Shown piece after piece: positions 50,227-58,949 of a DNA stretch of 64,000 bases. Source of the DNA: an uncultured Acidobacteriota bacterium (GTDB lineage: Bacteria; Acidobacteriota; Thermoanaerobaculia; UBA5066); assembly GCA_963798215.1 (NCBI GenBank), contig CAWCSP010000005.1:259539-323538 (forward strand), written 5' to 3'. The first letter of the stretch is position 1; each line of letters opens with the position of its first letter. The notes under the pieces are model-generated. The model did no database searches and was not told the DNA's origin. It worked only from the letters and a program-made list of their open reading frames with translations. Both the position numbers and the translations under genes were made by a program.

Positions 50227-51410
50227 GTCAAGAGCGGCCGCACGTGTGCGAGAAAGCCTTCGACACTCGTCAGGGAAGGCCGGTCGCGCAGGTGGAATTC
50301 CTTATGGAGACCCCTGGGAACGATGAGCTCGAGATTGGCGTCCTTCATCGCGGCCAGCTGTGCTGAAGAAATGCCACGCTGTAGCGTGAAGAGATGTTTC
50401 CTCGTAACGCGCCGTCCTTCGTGAAGGACCTGCCTCCATCTGTCGCGGCAGGTCATCTTCACGGCCAGCCACCGTGAGCTTCTCGACGGGAAAAGAGGGA
50501 TCCCGATACGCTTCTTCACTCGGAATGACGATGTCGGGCTCGCCCTCGATCTTCCTGGATCGCAGCGAGTGGGGAATTCCAGCGTCCTTGAGAATCTGGC
50601 TCACGTGATTTTCGAGCGAGCGACCGGCCCGCGACTTACGGCGGTTCGTAATGCTGCGGGCGGTCGTCAGGAAGTCGTCGATGTCGCGGAAGACACGGGC
50701 TATTTCGCGCTGACAGATCCGGCGCTCGACGAGCTGGAAGAGTCGGTATTCGCCTTCGACGAACCTGACGAGCTGCTCGTCAACGTCTGCGCGCCGGAAG
50801 TGCTTTGAAGCATTCGAGAAGCGCCGCGCGCGCCGCCTGCGAGAAGGCTTCGACCGGCGGGAACGTTTTGAGCGGCGAGGCAAACTCCAAAAACTTGCGC
50901 TCCACGCACTCACTCTCGGTTTCGGCCTTGGCAGCGCCCTTCTCGAAGATCGCCCACGCGTGAAGAAGTGAAACGCCGAGGACGCTCTGTACCTCCTCGA
51001 TGTCTTCATCCGTGTCCAGTACGAAGGCGCTGAACTCATCACGGGAATGGGGAACGATGATGAGCAGATTTCCCACCTGCTCGTCGACGAGAAACGGGAA
51101 GTCACGTCCGAACCTGGTCAGCCGGTACTCGCTGCGTGACTTCTCTCCATACCAAGTGACGCACGAATCAGTGATACGGCCGTCCTGCCAGCGAATCTTC
51201 AGAAAGTGCTTGTCCTTCCGGCCCTTCACGGGCGCGAACGGTGCGAACATCCTCCACGCTGATTTCGGGAGGTAGAACCCCGCCTGATGGCTGTCGGCGG
51301 CCTGATTCTTCGTCGCGCAGTCCGACGTCATTCGCCGAGATCACTTTGAGAAGAGCGTTTTCGTGCTCGAGGGCCTCTGCGATCGCTTCCTCGCAGGCAG
51401 GCGAGGCCAT
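50223..51410 (-). pseudogene. EcoRII-like type IIE restriction endonuclease, frame broken about 3 times
   Basis: EcoRII-N features: KVISANDVG..TKNQAADSHQAGFYLPK, SEYRLTRFG. EcoRII-C features: TNRRKSRAGRSLENHV, EPDIVIPS, KMTCRDRWRQVLHEG, KHLFTLQRGIS. Breaks near 51322, 50793 and 50470. Confidence 0.8.
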
Positions 51411-51414
51411 TTTG

Positions 51415-52616
51415 TCAGGCTCTCTTACGCCCGTACTCAGCGACGGGTGACTTCAGGAGGCAGTGCTTTTCCATTTGCCAGGCGAACGTCCGAAGGACCT
51501 CCCGGCCGACGGCCTCGACGACAGGAGGCACGACCGCGTTTCCGAACTGCCGATAGGCCCTGGTGTCCGACGACGATCGGATACTCGTCCGGGGAAGCCC
51601 ATCAGACGTGCGCACTCGCGCGGCGTCAGCCGGCGCGGCGACTGACGCTTCCCTTGCGGAATGAGGATTTCGGAGCCGTCTTTGTAGTAACGAGCACTAA
51701 GCGTGCGCGTGACGCCGCCGGGATCCGCGATTCCCAAAGCCGAAGCCGTTTCCCTTTTCTTTGTGGCGTCGCGCGTATTCCTGCAGGTAGGCCCAGAGAT
51801 GCTCGCTCAGCGTGTACTTGTCCGAAGGCTCTTTCTCCAAGATGTCCTGCAGCTTCGGGCGTGGCGCCAAGGGCGCGGCTGGGAACTCGAAAGGAGGAGC
51901 GGCGCCAGAACCTCGGCGATCGAAGCAGACGATGAAGATGCGTTCTCTGTGCTGCGGCACCCAAAGGGCGGCATCGATGACAGCGGCGTGGACGACGTAA
52001 TCCAAGTCCTCGAGCGTTTCGCGAATCACTTTCCACGTGCGGCCCGAGTCATGGGAGAGAAGATTCTTCACGTTTTCGAGGAAGGCGATCGGTGGCCGTT
52101 TCGCTTCAATCAGTGTGGCGAGCGTGAAAAAGAGATTCCCCTGGTCGGCGCAGCGGAAGCCGTGCGCGCGGCCGAGGCTGTTCTTCTTGGAAACACCGGC
52201 GATCGAGAACGGCTGGCAGGGAAAACCGGCCGCCATGATGTCGTGATCGGGGATGTCCTCGGCCCGCACCTTCCGGATATCGCCGGCCGGCTCTTCCCGA
52301 ACCAGGACTTGAGCGTCTTTTGCGCGTACCGATCCCACTCCGAGGAGAAAACGCAGGTGCCGCCGAGCTTCAGGAGTGCGGTCCGAAAGCCACCAATCCC
52401 GGCAAACAGGTCGACGAACCTGAAAGGAAGGGCGCCAGGTACAGACTTCTCGACGACGGCGCTGGGGCCGGAGAGGGGAATCTGCCCGCCGTCCTGGGCC
52501 TTGCGTAGGACTGACACGACGAACTCGCGTTTCGAGACGCCATAGCGGGCAGATTCTTCACTGATCCACGAATCGACCTCCGGGGGTACGCCCCGGACTA
52601 ACATGTCCCGGCTCAT
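51415..52616 (-). pseudogene. dcm: DNA (cytosine-5) methyltransferase with about 45-aa N-terminal extension, frame broken about 3 times
   Basis: Motif [55 protein letters not shown]. Breaks at 52296-52298 (CCC), about 51733, and 51591-51594 (GGGG). Confidence 0.88.
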
Positions 52617-52742
52617 TTCTGCCTCCGGGAAAGGACGATATCAGGAGATATCAAGAATTCCCAGCGTCCCCGGGCTGCTGGCAGGAAGAAATGATGCGTC
52701 CGCGGCACCCGCGGGCTTCGGATCCCCTAGCCAGAGGCGGCT

Positions 52743-53372
52743 TCACGCCTTTGTCGCTTTCGCCGGGACGTTCTTCACCTCGTCGGCGATACGTCGCAGG
52801 CTGGCGAAAGCAACCGCCGGTGGCACGGCCTCGCGAAGCTTCAGGATTCCCGCATGGCACGTGCGAATTTTCTGCCGGGACCCGCACGGACACTTCCAGT
52901 GGCCTTTGACATCCCCGTTGGCGAGGAGCTTCATGGCACTCAGTAGCCCTTCGGGCTCACTGATTTCAGTCCGCTCTCTGTAGAAGTCGAGGATTCCATC
53001 GATCCCGTGCCGTCGCTCGCCGAATGGCCAAACCCCATGGGCCAGATAGTGAAGGTAGCCCACGAAGAAGCTGTTGAGCGGGCCCTGCAGAAAAGAAAGA
53101 ACCGTGGAGCCCGCCGGCCAGTGGCTAAGCCCCTCCTCCGGGAGAAAAAGGCAGAGCTTACCGTCGCCGTCTACATGGTTCTCGTTAAGCTGGGGCACGC
53201 GGCCGCCCACCTCCCAAGCGACCGGAAAGCTGGCCGGGTGGTCACGTGCGAGGAGGACCTCGATCTGGAACCGGTCAACGACCACCGCCCCGACGTTAAC
53301 GGGGAGGCTGCCACGCACGCGGGCGGAATCACCCCCAATGACGAAGTAGAGGTTCGGGTAGGTGGAAGCCAC
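52743..53372 (-). CDS. E2/UBC-like protein (CBASS type II-short accessory) with SEC-C-like zinc knuckle
   Basis: FPVAWEVGGRVPQLNENHVDGDGKLCLFLP matches the E2 HPN-x-G-x-C-L pattern (candidate catalytic Cys). C-terminal HWKCPCGSRQKIRTCH. Reading frame intact. Confidence 0.65.
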   Translation of the reverse strand: MASTYPNLYFVIGGDSARVRGSLPVNVGAVVVDRFQIEVLLARDHPASFPVAWEVGGRVPQLNENHVDGDGKLCLFLPEEGLSHWPAGSTVLSFLQGPLNSFFVGYLHYLAHGVWPFGERRHGIDGILDFYRERTEISEPEGLLSAMKLLANGDVKGHWKCPCGSRQKIRTCHAGILKLREAVPPAVAFASLRRIADEVKNVPAKATKA

Positions 53373-53409
53373 CGACCGCTCCTCCCGTTTGAGGAACTCC
53401 GGCTGGCGC

Positions 53410-54317
53410 TCAAACCGAGGCCGGCGCGTCCAGCGGGTTTGCTCTCACCGTGATGATGGATGGCGCCCTCTGGATCGCCTCCCGTTTCTCGACTTCCGTG
53501 GCTTCCTCGATCCGGCCGAGGGACTCCCATCCGCCGCCCTCAATCCGGGCCAGGCTGTTGCGCGCGGCCGCGGACAGGAGCGTCTTCGTCGTGTCATTTA
53601 GTGCGTCAGAGAGGTCATTCCCGTCAGGATTCGCCGGGTCCTTCACGCACAGGGCTGACGCCTATCGCGGAACTGGGTCAGCACGTGCAGGATCTGATCT
53701 GACAGGGATTCGGACTTCTTGGACAGGAAGAGGAGGTCGATCACAGCGAGCTCGAGGACGAATGTCTTCAGATTGACCGCGTTTCGAACGTTCCAGAGCT
53801 TCATCAGGCGAATCGCGGGCCGCACGCCGCTGTCCCGGATGTGCGCGATGTGGATATCGAGGTTCGTCTTCTGGCGCCCCTTCTCGGCGCAGTTTCTGTA
53901 GAGGAAGACGTTGCCATCATCGCCGTCGATGAATCGGCCCGGGACCACGTCAATGTGGAAGTCGCCCCGCGACGCCGCCTTGGACCTCAACCTCAGGGCT
54001 GAAGGCTTCCGCTCGACGAAGTACTCCTTCTCGAGGACCGCGGCCGCATTCTCGTAAATGTCTTTCAAGGTATCCCCGGCCGTGGTGTCGTCGCGGCCGA
54101 AGCAGCACGCGATATCGAGGTCGTACGACTCGCGGATCATCGTGCACTTCGCCTTCGAGCCGGCATAACGGAGGGCGGGGGGCCGGGAAGCCCTCGATGA
54201 GGAGGCGGTCCACGTCGGTCCGACGCGCCCTGAGGGCCTTCAGCTCGTCAGAGTCTTCCTTCAGGGTCTGAGCTTCGATGACGGAGTCAAGGTAGGTATT
54301 CGGGTCTTTCTCGCTCA
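53410..54317 (-). pseudogene. Compact CD-NTase/SMODS-like nucleotidyltransferase, frame broken twice
   Basis: RYAGSKAKCTMIRESYDLDIACCF (GS...DxD), third acidic residue in DFHIDVVP, KDPANPDGNDLS. Breaks in the G6 run 54177-54182 and near 53655. ATG overlaps the cap5 stop (ATGA). Confidence 0.7.
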
Positions 54318-55531
54318 TAGGGATCCTTTGGTTACGGTGATGGTGGGGGGGTACCCCTGGGCACGACGGAAGTCGTAGACGAGGAGCGGGGGGTGCGACG
54401 CGGAGGAGGGCTCTGCCGCACGTGACAGCGACCGGCGCTGGCACCGCGGGAAAGAGGTGGATCACCTTCAGGTCGGGGTGGTTCTGCGCGATGACGCGCA
54501 GCGCAATCTGGTATTCGCGCTCGAACTCGTCGAGGTCAGCGCGCCGACTGAGGAATTGAGGGTGCGGTGTGGCAGAGGCCAGCTTCAATTCGTACAGCGT
54601 GAAGGTCGAGTCGATCGTCACCGGGAGCGCGGTGACGCCGATTGACCCGCTTAGCGGCAGCAGGAAGGCGACGCAACCTGCGTTAGTGCCCTGGCGCAGA
54701 ACTGAAAACTTGTAGTGCGCTGGGATTCCCTTCTCACGCCACTTGCGGTTGTTTTCGGCCCCCCGATGGCGCTGGTAGAGGGACGTCGGGACCTTGTCGC
54801 TCAACTGCGAGCCGAAGTGGATGAGGACCGGGATCGAGGCGATGGCAAAGACCGAAATGTGGTCGACCTGCTGCCGAGCGAGGCGGTCGGCGTACAGCCG
54901 AGGGAGCTCCTCGTCGATCTTGCGGGTTGCAGTCGTGAGGTACGCCTCGTCCCCACATCGTGATCGTGGAGAGGTCGATGAGGAACGGGTCGTCAGACTC
55001 GGGGTAGCGAGGTGCGACCGCCTCGTGGAGCTGGCCGGGCGGAAGGCTGAATTTCTGGCCAGCTACGTTACCCCGGAGCACGACGGCCGTCGTCCGCGAG
55101 TTGGGTCTTAGGGAGGTGCCATGCTCGATCCGCTTCTCGTGCTTCGTCTTGTATGCGCGAAGGACGCCCACCGTGTACTGCTCCGGGTGGTCGTCGATGA
55201 GCTTGTGGCACTCGGGACAAAGGAGCATCAGGTTCCTGACGTCATTGACGCCCTGTGCCGCGCGCGCGATGGGGTGTTTGCCGCGCGGGCCGCCGGCACT
55301 GAAAGCCACGATGTGGGCCACCTGCGCGAAGTTCCCCTCAGTCAGCGTGAGCGGGTGGCGGAGCAGGTACTTGTTGTGCCCGTCGAACTCGCACCGGCCG
55401 CCGGCACGCACCGCGAGGGCGAGGCGTCGGAACTGGGGTATCTCGCGAACGGGGCGAACGGGGCTCGGCTTGGAGGCCCTGCGGCAATGGTGTGCGTGCG
55501 GCCGATTCTTTGCCCTGGGCCGCCCCCGCAT
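54314..55531 (-). pseudogene. cap5: HNH endonuclease-SAVED effector (Cap5-like), frame broken twice
   Basis: HNH: CEFDGHN...HIVAFSAGGPRG...NLMLLCPECHKLID. SAVED: ISVFAIASIPVLIHFGSQL and VIHLFPAVPAPVAVTCGRALL. Breaks at 54951-54954 (CCCC) and 54388-54393 (G6). Confidence 0.8.
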
Positions 55532-55632
55532 GAGTATCTCTGGTCGTCTTCGGCATGCGCCGTCTCCCGTTACAGGATATCGCTTCCGGAATAAGGATAC
55601 GCTCGGCCAGTAATCTTGTCAACGGACCTGTG

Positions 55633-55646
55633 TAGGGATATCCTTA
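55633..55646. promoter_or_regulatory. Near-palindrome TAGGGATATCCTTA in the cap5/capH divergent promoter region (candidate CapH operator)
   Basis: 12/14 symmetric around GGATATCC. Related half-sites GGATAT at 55575-55580 and GGATAC at 55595-55600. Abuts the capH Shine-Dalgarno AAGGAGG. Confidence 0.4.
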
Positions 55647-55674
55647 AGGAGGATCTTTCTATTGAGGTGCCCCC

Positions 55675-56054
55675 ATGCCGTCTGTGCCAGCCATGAATCT
55701 CGTTGAATACGTTGGTGGGCGCATCCGCGAACTGCGCGGAAACCTCTCCCAGGAAGCGCTCGCTGCCAAGCTGGAGGTCGCGACGAATACAGTTTCCCGC
55801 TGGGAGACTGGAATCTACCGGCCGAGCATCGAAGACCTCGATCGCCTCGCACGGTTCTTCAAGGTGTCGATCCTGACTTTCTTTTCCCGGATGCGGCCAG
55901 CGGCGACGACCTGCAGTTCGTTCGCCTTCGCAAGGCGGCAAGCGGTCTGAAACAGGAAGACGTCGAAGAGCTGGAGCGCTACGCCGAGTTTCGGAAGGCG
56001 CGGTATCGGCTCAGTCAAGCGAAGCGGCCGGGGCGGAAACCAAAGGCCCTGTGA
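55675..56054 (+). pseudogene. capH: XRE-family HTH regulator (CapH-like), one frame break
   Basis: IRELRGNLSQEALAAKLEVATNTVSRWETGIYRPSIEDLDRLARFFKVSI. Continues in another frame as PDAASGDDLQFVRLRKAASGLKQEDVEELERYAEF after a break near 55879-55888 (T/C runs). Confidence 0.75.
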
Positions 56055-56696
56055 GCCGGAGTGCTTATTACGAGGAGATGAAGGCGAGCGCCCGAGAGAC
56101 GCGCCGTCTGTTCGGCTTGGAGACTCCACGCGTGCGCCTCTCCGACCTCAGAAAGATCTACAAGGCGCAGAACATCAAGATCGATCTGTGGAAGCGGAAG
56201 CTCAAGGGGTTGCGTGGTGCATATTTCTGTGACGAGTCCGGAGCCAGCGTGATGATCAACGCGAAGCTCCCCCCGGAGCCGCGCATCTTCACCATGGGAC
56301 ACGAGTTGAAGCATCACCTATTCGATCGGAAGACGCGTGACTGCTTGAGTCTTTCGCCGCCGATGATCTCGTAGAAGTCGGCATAAGGTGTTTTCGGGTG
56401 AGCTCATTTTTCCGGAAGCTGACTTCTCGACGTGGTGCGGCCGGCTCGGAATCCAACCGGCTGCGTGCCGGGCCGAGGACCTCATTCGCCTCAAGCGGGA
56501 AACCCAGACGACGCTTAGCTACGCCGGCCTGGTAAAGCGCGCGACTCGGCTGGGCTTCGCCGAGGGCGACGGACTAGAGAACGTCCACTGGAAGAAACTC
56601 GAAGAGCAGATCTACGGCGAGCCCGATTGCGGAGCACATCACCGCGCACGGAAGGCGCGGGCCGCGAGAGCCCAGTTGCTACGCGGGCCGGGCTAG
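56051..56696 (+). pseudogene. capP: ImmA/IrrE-family zinc metallopeptidase (CapP-like), frame broken twice
   Basis: HExxH motif FTMGHELKHHLFD, downstream VFSGELIFPEADF. Breaks near 56350 and 56385. GTG overlaps the capH stop (GTGA). Confidence 0.75.
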
Positions 56697-57400
56697 CAGA
56701 CAGGGCTGGGAAACCTCGTCTTCCAGAGCAGGCCTTCCCAGAAACGCAGCACCCACTGTTCCTCGCCGGTGTCGCTCTGCGCCGCCCCTTTGAAGCGATA
56801 GTCGAAAACGCGCGAATAGGGGTACCGTCCTGCCGCCCCCTGCCACCAGCCGGGGAAGGCGCCGTCAATCTGCGTCACATGGCTGAGGCCCTCGAAAGCG
56901 ACGGGACTGGCTTCCGGCAAGACCGCGCCCTGCTCCAGGAGGTAAAGCCCTCGGACGATTTTCCAGCTCACGCGCCGGATGCGCTCGTCTTCATGGTTCA
57001 TTGCGACCACGGTGCCTCGGCGCCCCGAGGTAGTCGTTTCATGCTCCCATTTCATCTCCCGGAAGGCACGCCCGAAAAGCCTCTTCGTGCCTTCGTGTCC
57101 TGAGACGTTCTTTAGGAAGTCGCCGGTCAGCGCACCGCCCGCCCATGTGTTGGCGACATGAAACCGCAGGGTCGCGATGAAGTACTCCTCGTCGTCCTTA
57201 TCGGAGTTGTTGCATTGCGTGTGCGTTGGAAGCGTCCACAAGTCCGGTTTCAATTCCTCGAGAATGGACTCGGCAAAGAAGTCTCTCGGTGGGATGTGAT
57301 CAGCACTTCTTGGCTTCGTCAGCCTCTCGCCGCAGAGGTAGCAGACGCCGAGCTTCGGTCTTCTCAGTACACCGTCGACGTCAAGCTTCTTGAAAGCCAC
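56693..57400 (-). CDS. HNH-motif protein of unknown function
   Basis: CYLCGERLTKPRSADHIPPRDFF...PTHTQCNNSDKDDEEYF (CxxC...DH...HxxCN). About 170 aa of uncharacterised C-terminus. Intact. Its stop overlaps the capP stop convergently. Confidence 0.5.
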   Translation of the reverse strand: MAFKKLDVDGVLRRPKLGVCYLCGERLTKPRSADHIPPRDFFAESILEELKPDLWTLPTHTQCNNSDKDDEEYFIATLRFHVANTWAGGALTGDFLKNVSGHEGTKRLFGRAFREMKWEHETTTSGRRGTVVAMNHEDERIRRVSWKIVRGLYLLEQGAVLPEASPVAFEGLSHVTQIDGAFPGWWQGAAGRYPYSRVFDYRFKGAAQSDTGEEQWVLRFWEGLLWKTRFPSPVC

Positions 57401-57439
57401 GACGCGGATTCTCTCTCAGGCCACTCACCTCTTGCTCCC

Positions 57440-58301
57440 ATGATGGAGCTGGAACAGCTGCGGGTCTTCGTGGCCGTCGCGCAGACGCGGACGTTCGTGG
57501 AGGCCGCCGCGCGTCTGAACAAGTCACAGCCGGCCGTGACGATGACGGTGAAGGCTCTGGAGCGGGAGATGGGTGTGCCCCTCTTTGCGCGGGAGGGCCG
57601 CGGAAAGAGGCTGACGGCGGCGGGAGCGAGGCTGGCCGCGAAGGCCGCGGGCGTCCTGGAGGGCGCGCGGCGATTGAAGGAGGATGTCGCCGGAGAGCCG
57701 GAGGTGCCCCGGGGGCCCGTGCGGGTGGGGGCCGGCGAGGCCGCCATCGTCTACTTCCTGCTTCCGCTTCTTCGAAGGATTCGCGAGGCGTACCCGTCCC
57801 TGGCTCTCGAGGTGCGAAACCAGCGCGACATGGAGTCGTTCGATCAGTTGCTCGCGGGCGAGCTGGACCTGGCGGTTCGGTCCCGGGAGGCGCTGCCGCA
57901 CGGTTTGAGGTTCGAGCCGCTGTTCGCGTCGGATCGAATGCTGATCGTGCCGCGTGGTCACGAGCTGGCGGGGAAGAAGCGCCCGACGCTCAGAGACCTC
58001 GCTCGCCATGCGTTCGTGATCCCCCCGGCGGGTTCGACGTCGCGCCGCCTGATCGAGGCCGCGTTCCTGCGGGCCGGCCTGAGGCTGGAGATCGCGATGG
58101 AGGCGGGAGGCTGGGAGATCGTGAAGCGCCTGGTGCGGGCGGGGTGGGCGTGGCGGTGGGTTCCTCGCTGTGGCGATTCCGGCGGGGCATCTCTTCCCTC
58201 CGGATGTCCATGGGCTGGTGACGCGGGAGGGCACCGGCGCCTCATCCGCAACGGCCGCCGTGACGCGGGTGCTGGAGGAGGCGGGGAGGAGGGTGGGGTA
58301 G
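57440..58301 (+). pseudogene. LysR-family transcriptional regulator, frame broken twice near the 3' end
   Basis: LEQLRVFVAVAQTRTFVEAAARLNKSQPAVTMTVKALEREMGVPLF HTH plus a substrate-binding domain. Frame changes near 58142 and 58168 (G-rich). Confidence 0.8.
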
Positions 58302-58310
58302 GGGGTAAAC

Positions 58311-58901
58311 TTGAATCAGCGGCGGCGCCGAGCCCTCGCCTTGCGCACTTCCTCGAACACCGGAGGACGGCCCGCCGATGCCTTGATTCTTCGCATGCAG
58401 GAGTACTGGACGATGCTCTCCGGTGCCGATGGGCAGCTCTACGGCAGCCATTACACGTGGAACACGCAAAGCTGGGCCGACGAGCAGGCCCATCTGGGCA
58501 CGCCGGGCGTCGGCCAGCTGCACTACATGGAAGAGCTGTTCGCCTCCCGCCCCTGGTACAACCTGGTGCCCGACCAGTCGCACGCCTTCCTGACCGGCGG
58601 CCTGGGTACGTATACGGATGGGGGGCTCGTGCAGGATAATGATTACGCCACCGCTGCCGTCACACCGGATGGCAGTCTGGGCATGGTGTACGTGCCAACT
58701 GCCCGCACCGTCACGGTCAACCTCAACCTGCTGGCCGGTGCCGTTACCGCCCACTGGTATGACCCGAGCAACAACACTTTCCATTCAATAGCTGGCTCAC
58801 CGTTTGCGCCGTCCAGCGGTTCGCAGCAATTCACGACGCCTGGCAACAACGCAGCTGGCAACGGCGACTGGGTGCTGGTGCTTGATGCCAAAGGGGGATA
58901 A
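58311..58901 (+). pseudogene. C-terminal fragment of a DUF4038/GH140-like glycoside hydrolase (collagen-binding-like beta domain)
   Basis: PWYNLVPDQSHAFLTGG...DGSLGMVYVP...VTVNLNLLAG.VTAHWYDPSNN...GDWVLVLD matches the C-terminal part only. The catalytic barrel is missing. Confidence 0.5.
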
Positions 58902-58949
58902 TCATCTTTAGCTTAGTAAAAGGCACGGCCGCGCCGGTCGTTGCCGGAC

